Assembly (NCBI GenBank): GCA_031431875.1
Contig: JANPEF010000153.1
Location: 1-64,000, forward strand
Direction of reading: 5' to 3'
Source: Candidatus Eiseniibacteriota bacterium
GTDB taxonomy: Bacteria > Eisenbacteria > RBG-16-71-46 > DASYSL01
Length of the DNA: 64,000 nucleotides
Part shown: piece after piece, positions 47,088 to 57,260 of the stretch
Numbering within the stretch: the stretch's first letter is position 1
Layout: every line of letters begins with the position of its first letter
Notes under the pieces: model-generated
The model's database searches: none
Seen by the model: only the letters and a program-made list of their open reading frames with translations
Told to the model about the DNA's origin: nothing
Translations under genes and position numbers: made by a program

Positions 47088-48464
47088 GTGTACGGACGCG
47101 CGCGCAAGATCCACTTCATCGGGATCGGCGGCTCGGGGATGAGCGGCCTCGCCGAGGTGTTGCTCACCATGGGCTACCAGGTCTCGGGATCGGATCTCAA
47201 GACGACCGAGGTGACCGATCGCCTCGTCGCCGCAGGCGGGCGCGTGTTCCCCGGGCATCACGAGCGAAACGTCGAGGGCGCGCAGATCGTCGTCTACTCG
47301 AGCGCCGTGCAGGCCGACAACCCCGAGCTGCGCGCCGCCATCGCCCGCGGGCTGCCCGTCATCCCGCGCGCCGACATGCTGGCCGAGCTGATGCGCATGA
47401 AGTACGGCATCGCCATCGGCGGGGCCCACGGCAAGACGACGACCACGTCGATGGTGGGCGCGATCCTGCTCGAGGGCGGGCTCGATCCGACGATCGTCGT
47501 CGGCGGGCGCGTCCATGCGCTCAAGACCAACGCGCGGCTGGGGCACGGCCAGTTCCTCGTCGCCGAGGCCGACGAATCCGACGGCTCGTTCGTCCGCCTG
47601 TCGCCGGCGATCGCCGTGATCACGAACCTCGACGAGGAGCACCTCGACCACTACGGCTCGATGGCGGGCCTCGAGTCCGCGTTCGTCGAGTTCGCGGAGC
47701 GCGTGCCGTTCTACGGCCTGGTCGTGCTGTGCGCGGACAACGCGCGCCTGATGCGCCTGGCGCCGCGGATCAGCCGCCGCACGCTCACCTACGGGATCGA
47801 GCATGGGACGATTCGCGCGAAGGACCTCGTGCTGTCGCCGCAAGGCGCGCGCTTCACGGTGACGTGGGGCGAGCGCACCGTGGGCGTGATCGAGCTTCCC
47901 GTGATGGGCCGCCACAACGTGCTCAACGCGCTGGCGGCGATCATCGTCGGCGTCGAGCTCGAAATCCCGTTCACCCACATCGCGCAGGCGCTGTCGCGCT
48001 TCGGCGGCGTCGGCCGGCGCTTCGAGAAGAAGGGCGAGGCGGGCGACGTGATGGTGGTCGACGACTACGCCCACCATCCGACCGAGATCATGGCGACGCT
48101 CGCCGCCGCCCGGCAGCTCGGCCGCGGCCGCGTCATCGCCGTCTTCCAGCCGCATCGGTTCAGCCGCACGCGGGCGCTGGCGCAGGAGTTCGGCGCCTGC
48201 TTCGGCGACGCGGATCACGTGCTGGTGACGGATGTCTATCCCGCGGGCGAGCCGCCGATTCCCGGCGTCACCGCGGAGCTCATCGTGGGGGCCGCCCGGA
48301 GCCACGGGCACAGGAACGTCGTCTACGCGGGGGACCTGGCCCGCGCGGAGGCTCTGCTCAGGGAGTTGGTGCGCCCCCATGATCTCGTCCTCACGCTCGG
48401 GGCCGGCGATGTCGCCCGGCTCGGCGATCGTGTCCTCAAGTCGGTGGCGGAGGTACGGCGATGA
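47088..48464 (+). CDS. murC: MurC ligase
   Basis: HFIGIGGSGMSG, GAHGKTTTT, EADESDGSF, DDYAHHPTE, FQPHRFSR, GAGD. Confidence 0.97.
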   Translation: MYGRARKIHFIGIGGSGMSGLAEVLLTMGYQVSGSDLKTTEVTDRLVAAGGRVFPGHHERNVEGAQIVVYSSAVQADNPELRAAIARGLPVIPRADMLAELMRMKYGIAIGGAHGKTTTTSMVGAILLEGGLDPTIVVGGRVHALKTNARLGHGQFLVAEADESDGSFVRLSPAIAVITNLDEEHLDHYGSMAGLESAFVEFAERVPFYGLVVLCADNARLMRLAPRISRRTLTYGIEHGTIRAKDLVLSPQGARFTVTWGERTVGVIELPVMGRHNVLNALAAIIVGVELEIPFTHIAQALSRFGGVGRRFEKKGEAGDVMVVDDYAHHPTEIMATLAAARQLGRGRVIAVFQPHRFSRTRALAQEFGACFGDADHVLVTDVYPAGEPPIPGVTAELIVGAARSHGHRNVVYAGDLARAEALLRELVRPHDLVLTLGAGDVARLGDRVLKSVAEVRR

Positions 48465-49321
48465 GCCGCTCGGCCTACACGGGGCGCGCGCTGTGGAGCG
48501 CGCCGAATCCGGCGCGCCGGCGCGGGCTCAAGCCCGGCTGGATCATGCTGCTCGGGCTCGCGGTGTGCGGCGGCCTGTGGCTGTCGCGCGACCGGCTGGC
48601 GAAGACGCCGCCGTACCGCGCGCTGTTCATCGTGCGCCAGGCCTCGGTCGACGGGGCGGTGTACCTGGGCGAGGACGAAGTGCGGCGCGCCGCCGGGCTC
48701 GACCGTCCGCTCGACTTCCTCCGCACCGACCTGGGCAAGGCGCAGACGAGGTTGGCGAAGTCGCCACGCGTCGCCTCGGCCCGCATCGAGCGCGCACTGC
48801 CGCGCCGGATCGTGATCGCGATCACCGAGCGCCGTCCGGCGGCGATCGTCCGCGGTGGGCGCATGTTCGAGACCGACATGCGCGGCGTGATCCTGCCGCC
48901 GCTGGTCTCGGGCGTGATGCCCGACGTGCCCATCGTCTCGGGCGTGAAGGTGGCCGACGCGCGGCCCGGGAGGACGATTGCCGACCCGCGCTACGCGCGC
49001 GCGCTGCGTCACCTCGCGGCGTTGGCGCGTCCCGAGGTGGGGCTGTCGAACCCGGTCTCGCAGATCGACGTCTCCGATGCGAGGCGCACCGTCGTCACGC
49101 TCGCGCCCGACGGCATCGATGTCTACCTTCCGGCCGAGCCGCCGACCGTGCGCACGCTGTCCGCGCTGCGCGTCGTGCTCGCCGACCTGGCGTCGCGGAG
49201 CCTGTCCGCCTCGTCGATCGACCTGATGGACGACGAAGTCGTCGCCGTCCGTCCCGTTCCCGTCGCGGCCGCCGCCGCCGACACGCTGCAGTCCGTCACC
49301 CGTGAACCCAGGAGGGGGTGA
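48461..49321 (+). CDS. ftsQ: Cell division protein FtsQ/DivIB
   Basis: TM plus POTRA (PRVASARIERALP..I.ITER); lies directly before ftsA. Confidence 0.85.
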   Translation: MSRSAYTGRALWSAPNPARRRGLKPGWIMLLGLAVCGGLWLSRDRLAKTPPYRALFIVRQASVDGAVYLGEDEVRRAAGLDRPLDFLRTDLGKAQTRLAKSPRVASARIERALPRRIVIAITERRPAAIVRGGRMFETDMRGVILPPLVSGVMPDVPIVSGVKVADARPGRTIADPRYARALRHLAALARPEVGLSNPVSQIDVSDARRTVVTLAPDGIDVYLPAEPPTVRTLSALRVVLADLASRSLSASSIDLMDDEVVAVRPVPVAAAAADTLQSVTREPRRG

Positions 49322-49325
49322 GTCG

Positions 49326-50558
49326 ATGTCGCAAACCCGCACCTATGTCGGTCTCGATATTGGAACCACGAAGATCTCGGCGATCATCGCCGAGATGGAT
49401 CCCGAGACACGTGACCTCAAGATCGTCGGCGTCGGCATCAGCCCGTCCGAGGGCTTGCGGCGCGGCGTCGTCGTCAACCTGGAGAAGACAGTCGCCTCGA
49501 TCGCGCGCGCGGTCGAGGAGGCCGAGCGCATGGCCGGCGTGCAGATCAAGGGTGTCTACGCGGGCATCGCCGGCGACCACATCCGCTCGATCAACTCGCG
49601 CGGCGTGATCGCCGTGTCGCGCCGCGACAACGAGATCTCGCAGGCCGACGTCGACCGCGTGGTCGACGCCGCCAAGGCGGTGGCCATCCCGATGGACCGC
49701 GAGATCATCCACGTCATCCCGCAGGAGTTCATCGTCGACGACCAGGACGGGATCAAGGACCCGATCGGCATGTCGGGCGTCCGGCTCGAGGCCGAGGTCC
49801 ACATCATCACGGGCGCGGTCACCTCGGCGAAGAACATCTGCAAGTCCATCCAGCGCGCCGGGCTCAAGGTGCACGACCTGGTGCTCGAGCCGCTGGCCAG
49901 CTCGCATGCCGTGCTCGGCCCCGACGAGCGCGACCTGGGGGTGGTGCTGCTCGACATCGGCGGCGGCACGACCGACGTCGCCGTGTTCTTCGAGGGCTCG
50001 ATCCGCCACACGGCGATCGTGCCGCTGGGCGGCGCGTCGGTGACGAACGACATCGCGATCGGCCTGAGGACGCCGATCGAGCAGGCCGAGCGCATCAAGA
50101 TCGAGCACGGCTGCGCGCTGGCGGCGATGGTGCAACCACACGAGCGCCTGACGGTGCCGGGCGTCGGCGGCCGCGCCGACAAGGACATCACGCGGCACCT
50201 GCTGGCCACCATGATCGAGCCGCGCTTCGAGGAGATCTTCATGCTGGCGGCCAAGGAGGTGAAGAAGAACCACTTCGCCGACCTGCTGGGCGCCGGCGTG
50301 GTGCTCACCGGCGGGAGTTCCCTGCTGCCGGGTGCGATCGAACTGGCCGAGCAGGTGTTCGAGATGCCCGTGCGGCGGGGGATCCCCTCGGGGCTCTCCG
50401 GCCTCATGGAAAACGTGCGCGATCCTCGTCACGCCACCGGCGTGGGGCTGATCCTGCACGCGGTACTGAACGAGGGCGGGGACTCGCCGCACCAGCCGAA
50501 GCCGGCCGGCCTGCCGGTCCCCGAGGGCCTGAAGCGTTTCTTCGCGGAGTTGTTCTAG
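49326..50558 (+). CDS. ftsA: Cell division protein FtsA
   Basis: [33 protein letters not shown]; amphipathic C-terminal LKRFFAELF. Confidence 0.97.
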   Translation: MSQTRTYVGLDIGTTKISAIIAEMDPETRDLKIVGVGISPSEGLRRGVVVNLEKTVASIARAVEEAERMAGVQIKGVYAGIAGDHIRSINSRGVIAVSRRDNEISQADVDRVVDAAKAVAIPMDREIIHVIPQEFIVDDQDGIKDPIGMSGVRLEAEVHIITGAVTSAKNICKSIQRAGLKVHDLVLEPLASSHAVLGPDERDLGVVLLDIGGGTTDVAVFFEGSIRHTAIVPLGGASVTNDIAIGLRTPIEQAERIKIEHGCALAAMVQPHERLTVPGVGGRADKDITRHLLATMIEPRFEEIFMLAAKEVKKNHFADLLGAGVVLTGGSSLLPGAIELAEQVFEMPVRRGIPSGLSGLMENVRDPRHATGVGLILHAVLNEGGDSPHQPKPAGLPVPEGLKRFFAELF

Positions 50559-50622
50559 GTCGGCTGGCGGCCGATTCACGGATGCACAAGGGCCCGGAGA
50601 GGCCCGGAAGGGAGACAAGGAC

Positions 50623-51894
50623 ATGTTCGAACTCGAGGTCGACATCCAGCCGTCCGCCATGATCAAGGTCGTCGGAGTGGGGGGCGCCGGCGGGAACGCC
50701 GTCAATCGCATGATCGCGTCGGGACTGCGCGGCGTGGAATTCCACATCGCGAACACGGACATCCAGGCGCTGACCGGCTCGATGGCCCAGCGCAAGTTGC
50801 AGATCGGACCCAATCTGACGAAGGGCCTGGGCTCGGGCGGTGACCCGATGGTCGGACGCCGCGCCGCCGAGGAGGACGAGCAGGCGATCGCCGACATGCT
50901 CGAGGGCGCCGACATGGTGTTCATCACCGCCGGCATGGGGGGCGGAACAGGCACGGGCGCTGCGCCGGTCGTCGCGCGCGTGGCGCGCCAGCTCGGCGCG
51001 CTCACCGTCGCCGTCGTGTCGCGTCCGTTCGAGTTCGAGGGCCGTCGCCGTGGGCGCCAGGCTGACGACGGCATGAACGAGCTGCGGCAGGAAGTCGACA
51101 CGCTGATCGTCATCCCGAACCAGCGCCTGCTGCACGTCGTGGGCAAGGACACGCCGCTGACCGAGGCGTTCGCGGTCGCCGACGAGGTGCTGCTCAAGGC
51201 GACGAAGGGCATCTCGGACCTGGTCACCGTGCCGGGCCTGGTGAACCTCGACTTCGCCGACGTGAAGTCGATCATGGCCGCGCAGGGCAACGCGCTGATG
51301 GGCACGGGCCGCGCGTCCGGCCCCGATCGCGCCGCCACCGCCGCGCACCAGGCCGTGTCGAGCCCGCTGCTCGAGGACGTGTCGGTCGCCGGCGCGCAGG
51401 GCGTGCTGCTCAACATCACGGGCGGGCGCGACCTCACGCTGCACGAGGTGAACGAGGCGTCCAACGTCGTCATGGAAGCGGCCGGTGTGGATGCCAACGT
51501 GATCTTCGGCGCGGTCATCGACCCGACGCTCGACGGCGAGATCGTGATCACCGTCATCGCCACCGGCTTCGGCACGGCGGCCTCGCGCGCGTCACAGGCG
51601 CACGGCACGTCCACCAGCCGCGATGCGCGGCCGACGCCGCGCGTGCCGTCGTTCATCAGCACGCCGCGCGAGCACCTGCCGCCGGTTCCCCCGATGTCGC
51701 GCGCGTTCGCCAGCGCCGACGAGGTGCCGAGCCCGGTCGGCGCGCCCGAGGAGGACGCGATCGAGCTGTCGAGCGAGGAATCGCGCCGCCCGGCCGGATG
51801 GCGCAATCCCGAGAGCACGCTGCGCCGCCCGTCGCGCATGGGCGGCAAGGACAACTACGACGTGCCCGCGTTCCTGCGCAAGCTGCGCGGCTAG
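50623..51894 (+). CDS. ftsZ: Cell division protein FtsZ
   Basis: [28 protein letters not shown]-terminal DVPAFLRK. Confidence 0.99.
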   Translation: MFELEVDIQPSAMIKVVGVGGAGGNAVNRMIASGLRGVEFHIANTDIQALTGSMAQRKLQIGPNLTKGLGSGGDPMVGRRAAEEDEQAIADMLEGADMVFITAGMGGGTGTGAAPVVARVARQLGALTVAVVSRPFEFEGRRRGRQADDGMNELRQEVDTLIVIPNQRLLHVVGKDTPLTEAFAVADEVLLKATKGISDLVTVPGLVNLDFADVKSIMAAQGNALMGTGRASGPDRAATAAHQAVSSPLLEDVSVAGAQGVLLNITGGRDLTLHEVNEASNVVMEAAGVDANVIFGAVIDPTLDGEIVITVIATGFGTAASRASQAHGTSTSRDARPTPRVPSFISTPREHLPPVPPMSRAFASADEVPSPVGAPEEDAIELSSEESRRPAGWRNPESTLRRPSRMGGKDNYDVPAFLRKLRG

Positions 51895-51926
51895 GTTTGC
51901 CGGCGTCGATTCAAGGGGAGGACATC

Positions 51927-53567
51927 ATGGCGTTCTGGTCCGGGCTCAAGGGCCTCGGTAGGAACCGGCACTACCATCGCGGCATCGTCCACTACAACCG
52001 TGGCGACTATGCGGCGGCGGTGGCGGCGTTCGAGGAGGCGCTGGCATCGATGGACGACGAGGCGCCCGAGCGGAGCCTCGGCACGTTCTACGCGGCAGAG
52101 GCCCGGGCGAACCTCGGCCTCGCGCGCTTCCAGAAGGGCGACGACGCGCGGGCGGAGGAGGATTTCCGGCAGGCGCTGGCGCACAATCCGAACTACGCCG
52201 ACCTCCATTACTACGTGGCGCTGCTGTGCGAACGCACCGGGCGTCCCGCGGAGGCCGCGGCGGCGCTCGAGTGCGCGCTCGGCATCAACGCCGAGTATCT
52301 CGAGGCGCGGCTGCTCTACGCAGTCGTGCGCGCCCGGATGGGCGATGCGGCCGGGGCGCGCGGGGAGCTGGCGCGTGCGGTGGCGCTCGGCTTCGAGCTA
52401 CCGCCCGGATTGTCGCTCGAGCCGAACTCGCCACTGGGCCCGCCCGAGTGGCAGGCGCTGCGCTCGCGTGCCACGCGGCGGAGCGAGGCCGCACGGCAGG
52501 TTGCGACCGCGCACGAGAAGGCGCAGCAAGGCGAGCGCGAGGCGGCCATCGAGGCGCTGGCGCGCGCCGCGGAAGCCGAGCCGAAGTTCGCCGACATCCG
52601 CTGCCGGCTCGCGGCGCACCTGGCCGATGCCGGGCGCCACGCCGAGGCGGTGCGCGAGCTGACGGTCGCACTGGCGATCAACCCGCGCTACCTCGAGGCG
52701 CGCACGCGCCTCGGGCTGTCGCTGCTCCTGCTCGGTCGCCCGGCTGACGCCGAGTCGGCGTTCGCGCTCGCGCTCGAGGTCGCCCCGGGGGACGCAGACC
52801 TCCTCTACTTCACCGCCGCGGCACGCTTCCGCAGCGGCGACCTTGCGGGCGCCGAGCGGGCGCTCGACGAGGCGCTCGTGCAGCGGCCCCACCTGGCGCG
52901 GGCGCATCGCCTGCGCGGCCTCTGCCTGGCCGCACGCGGGCGTCCCGACGAGGCGCTCACCGCGCTCGCCCAGGCGCTCGAGGGCGGGCGTGAACTGCCG
53001 CAGGCGGCGCTCGACCTCGGCGCGCTGCTGCTCGCGCGCGGTCGCGCGCGCGAGGCGGCAAAGGAGTTCGAGCGCGCGCTGCACTGGCTACCCGATCGCG
53101 CCGACGTGCATTACGCGTTGGCCTGCGCGTTTCTCGCCCAGGGCGAGGCCGACGCGGCCGACGCACGCTTCGCCCGGGCACTCGAGCTCGAGCCGAATCA
53201 TGCGGCCGCGCGCTTCCGCCTGGCCCAGGCACATGCCGCACGCGGGCGCTGGATCGACGCGCGCGTCGAGCTCGTACGGGCCGCCGCGATCGTGCCGAAG
53301 TGGGCCGACGTGCGCCACGCGCTGGGGCAGGCCTGTGATCGTCTCGGCGACGCGGGGGCGGCCGAGCAGGCGTACCGCGAGGCGCTCTCGCTCAACGCCG
53401 CCTTCACCGAGGCGCGTCTGGCGCTGGCCGGCATCCTCGCGCGGCGCGGATCGCCCGAGGCGCAGGAGTTGATCGCCGGTGCCCGAGCCTACGATCCGCT
53501 CCACCCGCGCGTGCGGGCGATGGACGAACACACGTTGCCGGAGTTGCTGGAGGAAGGCGTCTCGTGA
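51927..53567 (+). CDS. Tetratricopeptide-repeat protein
   Basis: Repeated AL..NP.YA/LEA..LG helical units over the whole length; strong SD GGGGAGGA; no signal peptide visible. Confidence 0.88.
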   Translation: MAFWSGLKGLGRNRHYHRGIVHYNRGDYAAAVAAFEEALASMDDEAPERSLGTFYAAEARANLGLARFQKGDDARAEEDFRQALAHNPNYADLHYYVALLCERTGRPAEAAAALECALGINAEYLEARLLYAVVRARMGDAAGARGELARAVALGFELPPGLSLEPNSPLGPPEWQALRSRATRRSEAARQVATAHEKAQQGEREAAIEALARAAEAEPKFADIRCRLAAHLADAGRHAEAVRELTVALAINPRYLEARTRLGLSLLLLGRPADAESAFALALEVAPGDADLLYFTAAARFRSGDLAGAERALDEALVQRPHLARAHRLRGLCLAARGRPDEALTALAQALEGGRELPQAALDLGALLLARGRAREAAKEFERALHWLPDRADVHYALACAFLAQGEADAADARFARALELEPNHAAARFRLAQAHAARGRWIDARVELVRAAAIVPKWADVRHALGQACDRLGDAGAAEQAYREALSLNAAFTEARLALAGILARRGSPEAQELIAGARAYDPLHPRVRAMDEHTLPELLEEGVS

Positions 53568-53629
53568 AACGGGGGTCCCGTCATGCAGGATGATCGCCTG
53601 GTGCAGCTCTGCCGCTTGCTCGCGGCGCT

Positions 53630-55198
53630 CTACCTGATCGTCGCCGCCGCGCCGCTGGGCTGAGGGGCCGCGTCTCCGCTCGTGCGCCGGCGGTAGAATT
53701 CCATGCCCGTGGGCTGGCCCGGCACGGAATACGGCACGGCGACATAAGCCCCGGCGACGCTCGCGCGATCGCCCTCGTCACGAAACGGGGGCGCGCCGCT
53801 GGCGAATGCCTGGTTGGCGTCGAGGAATCCCTTGCGCACGACGAGCCAGTCCGGGCTGCGCCGGCGCACCACGTCGGCGTACCAGCCCGTGCCCGCGGCG
53901 CGCGACGTCGCGACGTCCGGCGCCACGAGTCCCACCTCGTCGATCATGCGCAGCTTCGCCTGGTAGCCAATGTGCCCCAGCGGCTCGAGCAGGACCGAAT
54001 CGCCGGGCTTCGCCAGCGTGCGTAGCGCCACGCCGGACTGGTAGAACGAGATCACCTCCTGGCGTACGCGCTCGACGAACAGGTTGTGCAGCAGGATCGA
54101 GTCCGACACGAGGTAGAGCGCGAGGCTGGCGTACAGCAGCCGGTGTTTCGCGATCCGCTCGAGCCCGATGGCCGCGGTGAAGAACCAGCCGGCCGTCGGG
54201 ACGACCGCATACCAGAAGAAGAACGGGACCCCGAGCAGGAAGTACGACGCGAGCACCGCGAGGCCCGCCAGGGCGACCAGCGTCGATGCCTGCGGCGCGC
54301 GCCGCTCGCGCCAGTACGTGGCGAACCCCAGCAGCGCGGCCGGCGCGGCGACGAGCGAGAAGGGGAGCAGGTTTGTCCCCTCGCCGGTCGCGGGCCAGCG
54401 CCCCGAGACGAACAGCGGAAACAGTCCTTCGATCCACTGCAGCCCCGCCAGCGGTCCCGGCGTGCCGTAGACAGCGGCCTTGGCCAGCATGCTCTGCGGG
54501 AACGGCGACCCATAGTACGCGCCGAGCGCGAGCGCCCCCCCGGCGATCATGCCGAGCGCGATCATGCGCCCGCGCCACGAGGCCCCGAGCCCGAGCACGA
54601 CTGCCGCGATCATTCCCTCCGGGCGCACCAGGGCGAGGAGCCCGAGCAGCACGCCCGCTCCCGGGAGCCGGGCGTGGAGGGCGGCGCCCGTGGCGAACAG
54701 CAGGCACAGGAACAGGCTCGTCTCCATGCCGAGGATCGCGTTGGCGGCAAAGACGGGGCACACGGCGAAGAACAGGGCGAATGCCCACGCCGCGACGGCT
54801 CCGCGCTCGCGGTGCAGCAGCGCGGCAGCCAGCCCGAGCGCCGTGAGGTCGAATGCGACACCCGAGACGCGCGCGAACAGGAGCGTGTCCTTCATCACCA
54901 CCGCCCCGAGTGCGAGCCACGCGGTCCACAGCGGGGACGAGAAGCCGAACACAGGCTCGCCTGCGTTGTAGACCGGGCCCAGGCCGTGGGCCCAGTTTTC
55001 GGCGTAGCGGAATGTGATGTAGGCGTCCTCGGCCGCGAACGGGATCCGTGCGGCGCTGAGCATACGCACGACGAGCCCGAGCAGGAGCGGCACGAGGTAG
55101 GGGGAACGCAGATTCCAGGGGTCGAGCCCCGCGAGCAGGGCGGGGGAGGCTTCGGCTGGGGCGGGGGAGGCGCGCCGGGCTCGATCAAGGATCGCCAT
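53630..55198 (-). CDS. AftB-like GT-C membrane glycosyltransferase (paralog of 31360-33063)
   Basis: AEDAYITFRYAEN..GPVYNAGE, SSPLW, GMET, LVRPEG, DEVGLV. Confidence 0.78.
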   Translation of the reverse strand: MAILDRARRASPAPAEASPALLAGLDPWNLRSPYLVPLLLGLVVRMLSAARIPFAAEDAYITFRYAENWAHGLGPVYNAGEPVFGFSSPLWTAWLALGAVVMKDTLLFARVSGVAFDLTALGLAAALLHRERGAVAAWAFALFFAVCPVFAANAILGMETSLFLCLLFATGAALHARLPGAGVLLGLLALVRPEGMIAAVVLGLGASWRGRMIALGMIAGGALALGAYYGSPFPQSMLAKAAVYGTPGPLAGLQWIEGLFPLFVSGRWPATGEGTNLLPFSLVAAPAALLGFATYWRERRAPQASTLVALAGLAVLASYFLLGVPFFFWYAVVPTAGWFFTAAIGLERIAKHRLLYASLALYLVSDSILLHNLFVERVRQEVISFYQSGVALRTLAKPGDSVLLEPLGHIGYQAKLRMIDEVGLVAPDVATSRAAGTGWYADVVRRRSPDWLVVRKGFLDANQAFASGAPPFRDEGDRASVAGAYVAVPYSVPGQPTGMEFYRRRTSGDAAPQPSGAAATIR

Positions 55199-55207
55199 GG
55201 GACAGGA

Positions 55208-55236
55208 AGCCTAGGCGGTTGGCGGGCCGAAAGCAA
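55208..55236 (-). promoter_or_regulatory. Sigma70-type promoter (probably leaderless)
   Basis: Minus strand: TTGCTT, 17 nt, TAGGCT, then 9 nt to ATG 55198; no SD. Confidence 0.62.
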
Positions 55237-55339
55237 CCGGTTGACGCCGGCCGCGTAGAGCGGTTGTCTTGACCCGATACGACTCGACCCGGACGCGCGA
55301 CCGCGCGTCCGGCCGGATGCCCCCGGAGGAGGAAGCACG

Positions 55340-56140
55340 ATGCCCGCGATGCACGAAGTGGAGTACGAGATCCTCGGCGATGACCTGCAGTTCGTGAAGA
55401 TCGAGCTCGACCCGCAGGAAGCCGTCGTCGCCGAAGCCGGCGGCATGATGTACATGGAAGACGGCATCGCCATGGAGACGATCTTCGGCGACGGCTCGGC
55501 GCAGCAGGCGCAGGGCGGCCTCATGGGGATGCTCATGGGCGCGGGCAAGCGTCTGCTCACCGGCGAGTCGCTGTTCATGACCGTGTTTGCCAACCAGTCG
55601 CCGGGCAAGCGCAAGGTCGCCTTCGCCGCGCCGTACCCGGGCAAGATCATCCCGGTGCACCTGGCCGAGCTCGGCGGTGAAATCGTCTGCCAGAAGGACT
55701 CGTTCCTCGCGGCGGCCAAGGGCGTGTCGATCGGCATCGCGTTCCAGCGGCGCCTCGGCGTTGGCCTGTTCGGCGGCGAGGGGTTCATCATGCAGAGCCT
55801 CAAGGGGGACGGTCTCGCGTTCCTGCACGCCGGCGGCTCGATCGAGGAGCGCACGCTCGCCCCCGGCGAGATCCTTCGCGTCGACACGGGTTGCATCGTC
55901 GCCCTGGCCAAGGGCGTCGACTACGACATCGAGATGGTGAAGGGCGTGAAGTCGTGGATCTTCGGCGGCGAGGGCCTGTTCTTCGCGACGCTGCGCGGGC
56001 CGGGCCGGGTGTGGATGCAGTCGCTGCCGCTGTCGCGTTTGGCCGGTCGCATCTTCGCCGCCGCGCCGCAGCAGGGCGGTCGAAAGGAAGAGGGCTCGAT
56101 CCTCGGTGGGCTGGGCAACCTGCTCGACGGGCGCGAGTAG
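55340..56140 (+). CDS. TIGR00266 / AIM24 family protein
   Basis: [56 protein letters not shown]. Confidence 0.92.
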   Translation: MPAMHEVEYEILGDDLQFVKIELDPQEAVVAEAGGMMYMEDGIAMETIFGDGSAQQAQGGLMGMLMGAGKRLLTGESLFMTVFANQSPGKRKVAFAAPYPGKIIPVHLAELGGEIVCQKDSFLAAAKGVSIGIAFQRRLGVGLFGGEGFIMQSLKGDGLAFLHAGGSIEERTLAPGEILRVDTGCIVALAKGVDYDIEMVKGVKSWIFGGEGLFFATLRGPGRVWMQSLPLSRLAGRIFAAAPQQGGRKEEGSILGGLGNLLDGRE

Positions 56141-56494
56141 GTGCGCCGAGCGCTGCTGGCGGCGGCCTTGCTGCTGCTCGGAGCGGGCTGTGGTGCACTG
56201 GACGGGCAAAAGTTCGAACCGTCTTCGGAGGAGACACGGGTCTCCGGCGTTCTCGCGGGGCCGGTCCGGCGTCGACCGGAGGACTACACGGAGGTGATTC
56301 CGGTGCAGACCGGACCAGGCAGGATCGAGTCCATTCTCCTGCCCGACAAGGTCGCCGGGCAGCGCCCGACGGACGCGTGGATCGAGCTCTACCGGGAAGC
56401 GATGGCCATGACACCGGGCGATCAGCTGGTGGCGACGGGATCCCGGGATGCCGACGGATTCCTGATCGTCCAGGCACTGGAGGTCAAGAGATGA
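56141..56494 (+). CDS. Hypothetical lipoprotein
   Basis: Hydrophobic leader with lipobox LGAG-C; similar to the downstream ORF. Confidence 0.7.
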   Translation: MRRALLAAALLLLGAGCGALDGQKFEPSSEETRVSGVLAGPVRRRPEDYTEVIPVQTGPGRIESILLPDKVAGQRPTDAWIELYREAMAMTPGDQLVATGSRDADGFLIVQALEVKR

Positions 56495-56844
56495 TGAAGG
56501 CGCACACCCTGATGTTCACGCTCCTGCTCGTCACCGCCGGTTGCGGATCGGACAAGCAGGCGGCCGAGCCGCTCTCGGACGCGACACACGTGTCGGGCAC
56601 GCTGACGGCGATCAACGACCAGCGCCCGGTCGACGGCGGCGTGACGCTCACGCTGCAGACGAGCGCGGGCAAGGACGAGCCGGTCTACGTCGCCTCGATC
56701 TTCACCGGCCAGCCGCCGACGACGGTCGTGCTGGCGCTGCAGCAGAAGGTGAACGAACTGAAGATCGGCGATCGCCTGACGGCGACCGGCGCGCGCGACG
56801 CCGAAGACCGGTTCAACGTCGAGCGGATCGAGATCCTCGAGTAA
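56491..56844 (+). CDS. Hypothetical lipoprotein (paralog of upstream gene)
   Basis: MMKAHTLMFTLLLVTAG-C lipobox; SD GGAGG; ATGA overlap. Confidence 0.75.
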   Translation: MMKAHTLMFTLLLVTAGCGSDKQAAEPLSDATHVSGTLTAINDQRPVDGGVTLTLQTSAGKDEPVYVASIFTGQPPTTVVLALQQKVNELKIGDRLTATGARDAEDRFNVERIEILE

Positions 56845-56870
56845 GCGCATCACGACTTGTCGCCGCAACG

Positions 56871-56905
56871 ACGAAGGCCCCGCTCGCTCCGAGCGGGGCC
56901 TTCGT
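56871..56905. terminator. Hairpin between convergent genes, probable terminator
   Basis: Perfect 16-bp stem ACGAAGGCCCCGCTCG / CGAGCGGGGCCTTCGT with a 3-nt loop; outer pairing CGCATCAC (56846-56853) / GTGATGCG (56914-56921). Confidence 0.8.
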
Positions 56906-56927
56906 GACATCGGGTGATGCGTCGGAA

Positions 56928-57137
56928 CTAGGCGGCGGCGGGTTTGCGGACCGCCTTCTGCACCTTGCCGGCCTTCAGGCAACGGGTGCAGACCTTCATC
57001 TGCTTCGCACGGCCCTGGACCAGCGCACGCACGTTCTGAAGGTTGGGGTTCCAGACCCGCCGCGAGATGTTGTGGGCATGGCTGATGCGGTTTCCGCGCA
57101 TCACGCCTTTCCCGCACAGATCACAGGCACGAGCCAC
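56928..57137 (-). CDS. rpmB: 50S ribosomal protein L28 (zinc-ribbon form)
   Basis: CDLCGK, GNRISHA, RVWNPNLQ, VCTRCLK; SD AAGGAGG. Confidence 0.97.
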   Translation of the reverse strand: MARACDLCGKGVMRGNRISHAHNISRRVWNPNLQNVRALVQGRAKQMKVCTRCLKAGKVQKAVRKPAAA

Positions 57138-57209
57138 TTCGTCCTCCTTGCTTCAACCAAACTGCCGGGGCAACGCCGGGGCGGCCCGGCACGAAACGTC
57201 TGACGAGCC

Positions 57210-57239
57210 AGATTAGCACGCTTTCGACGGACGTGTAAA
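57210..57239 (-). promoter_or_regulatory. rpmB promoter
   Basis: Minus strand: TTTACA, 18 nt, TAATCT with an extended -10 TG. Confidence 0.62.
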
Positions 57240-57260
57240 GGCGCGCAAACCGTTGCCGTT

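Noticed and set aside
55241..55269. TTGACG-N17-TTGTCT promoter for the AIM24 gene
   Set aside because: Good -35, but the -10 lacks the conserved A; too weak to call.
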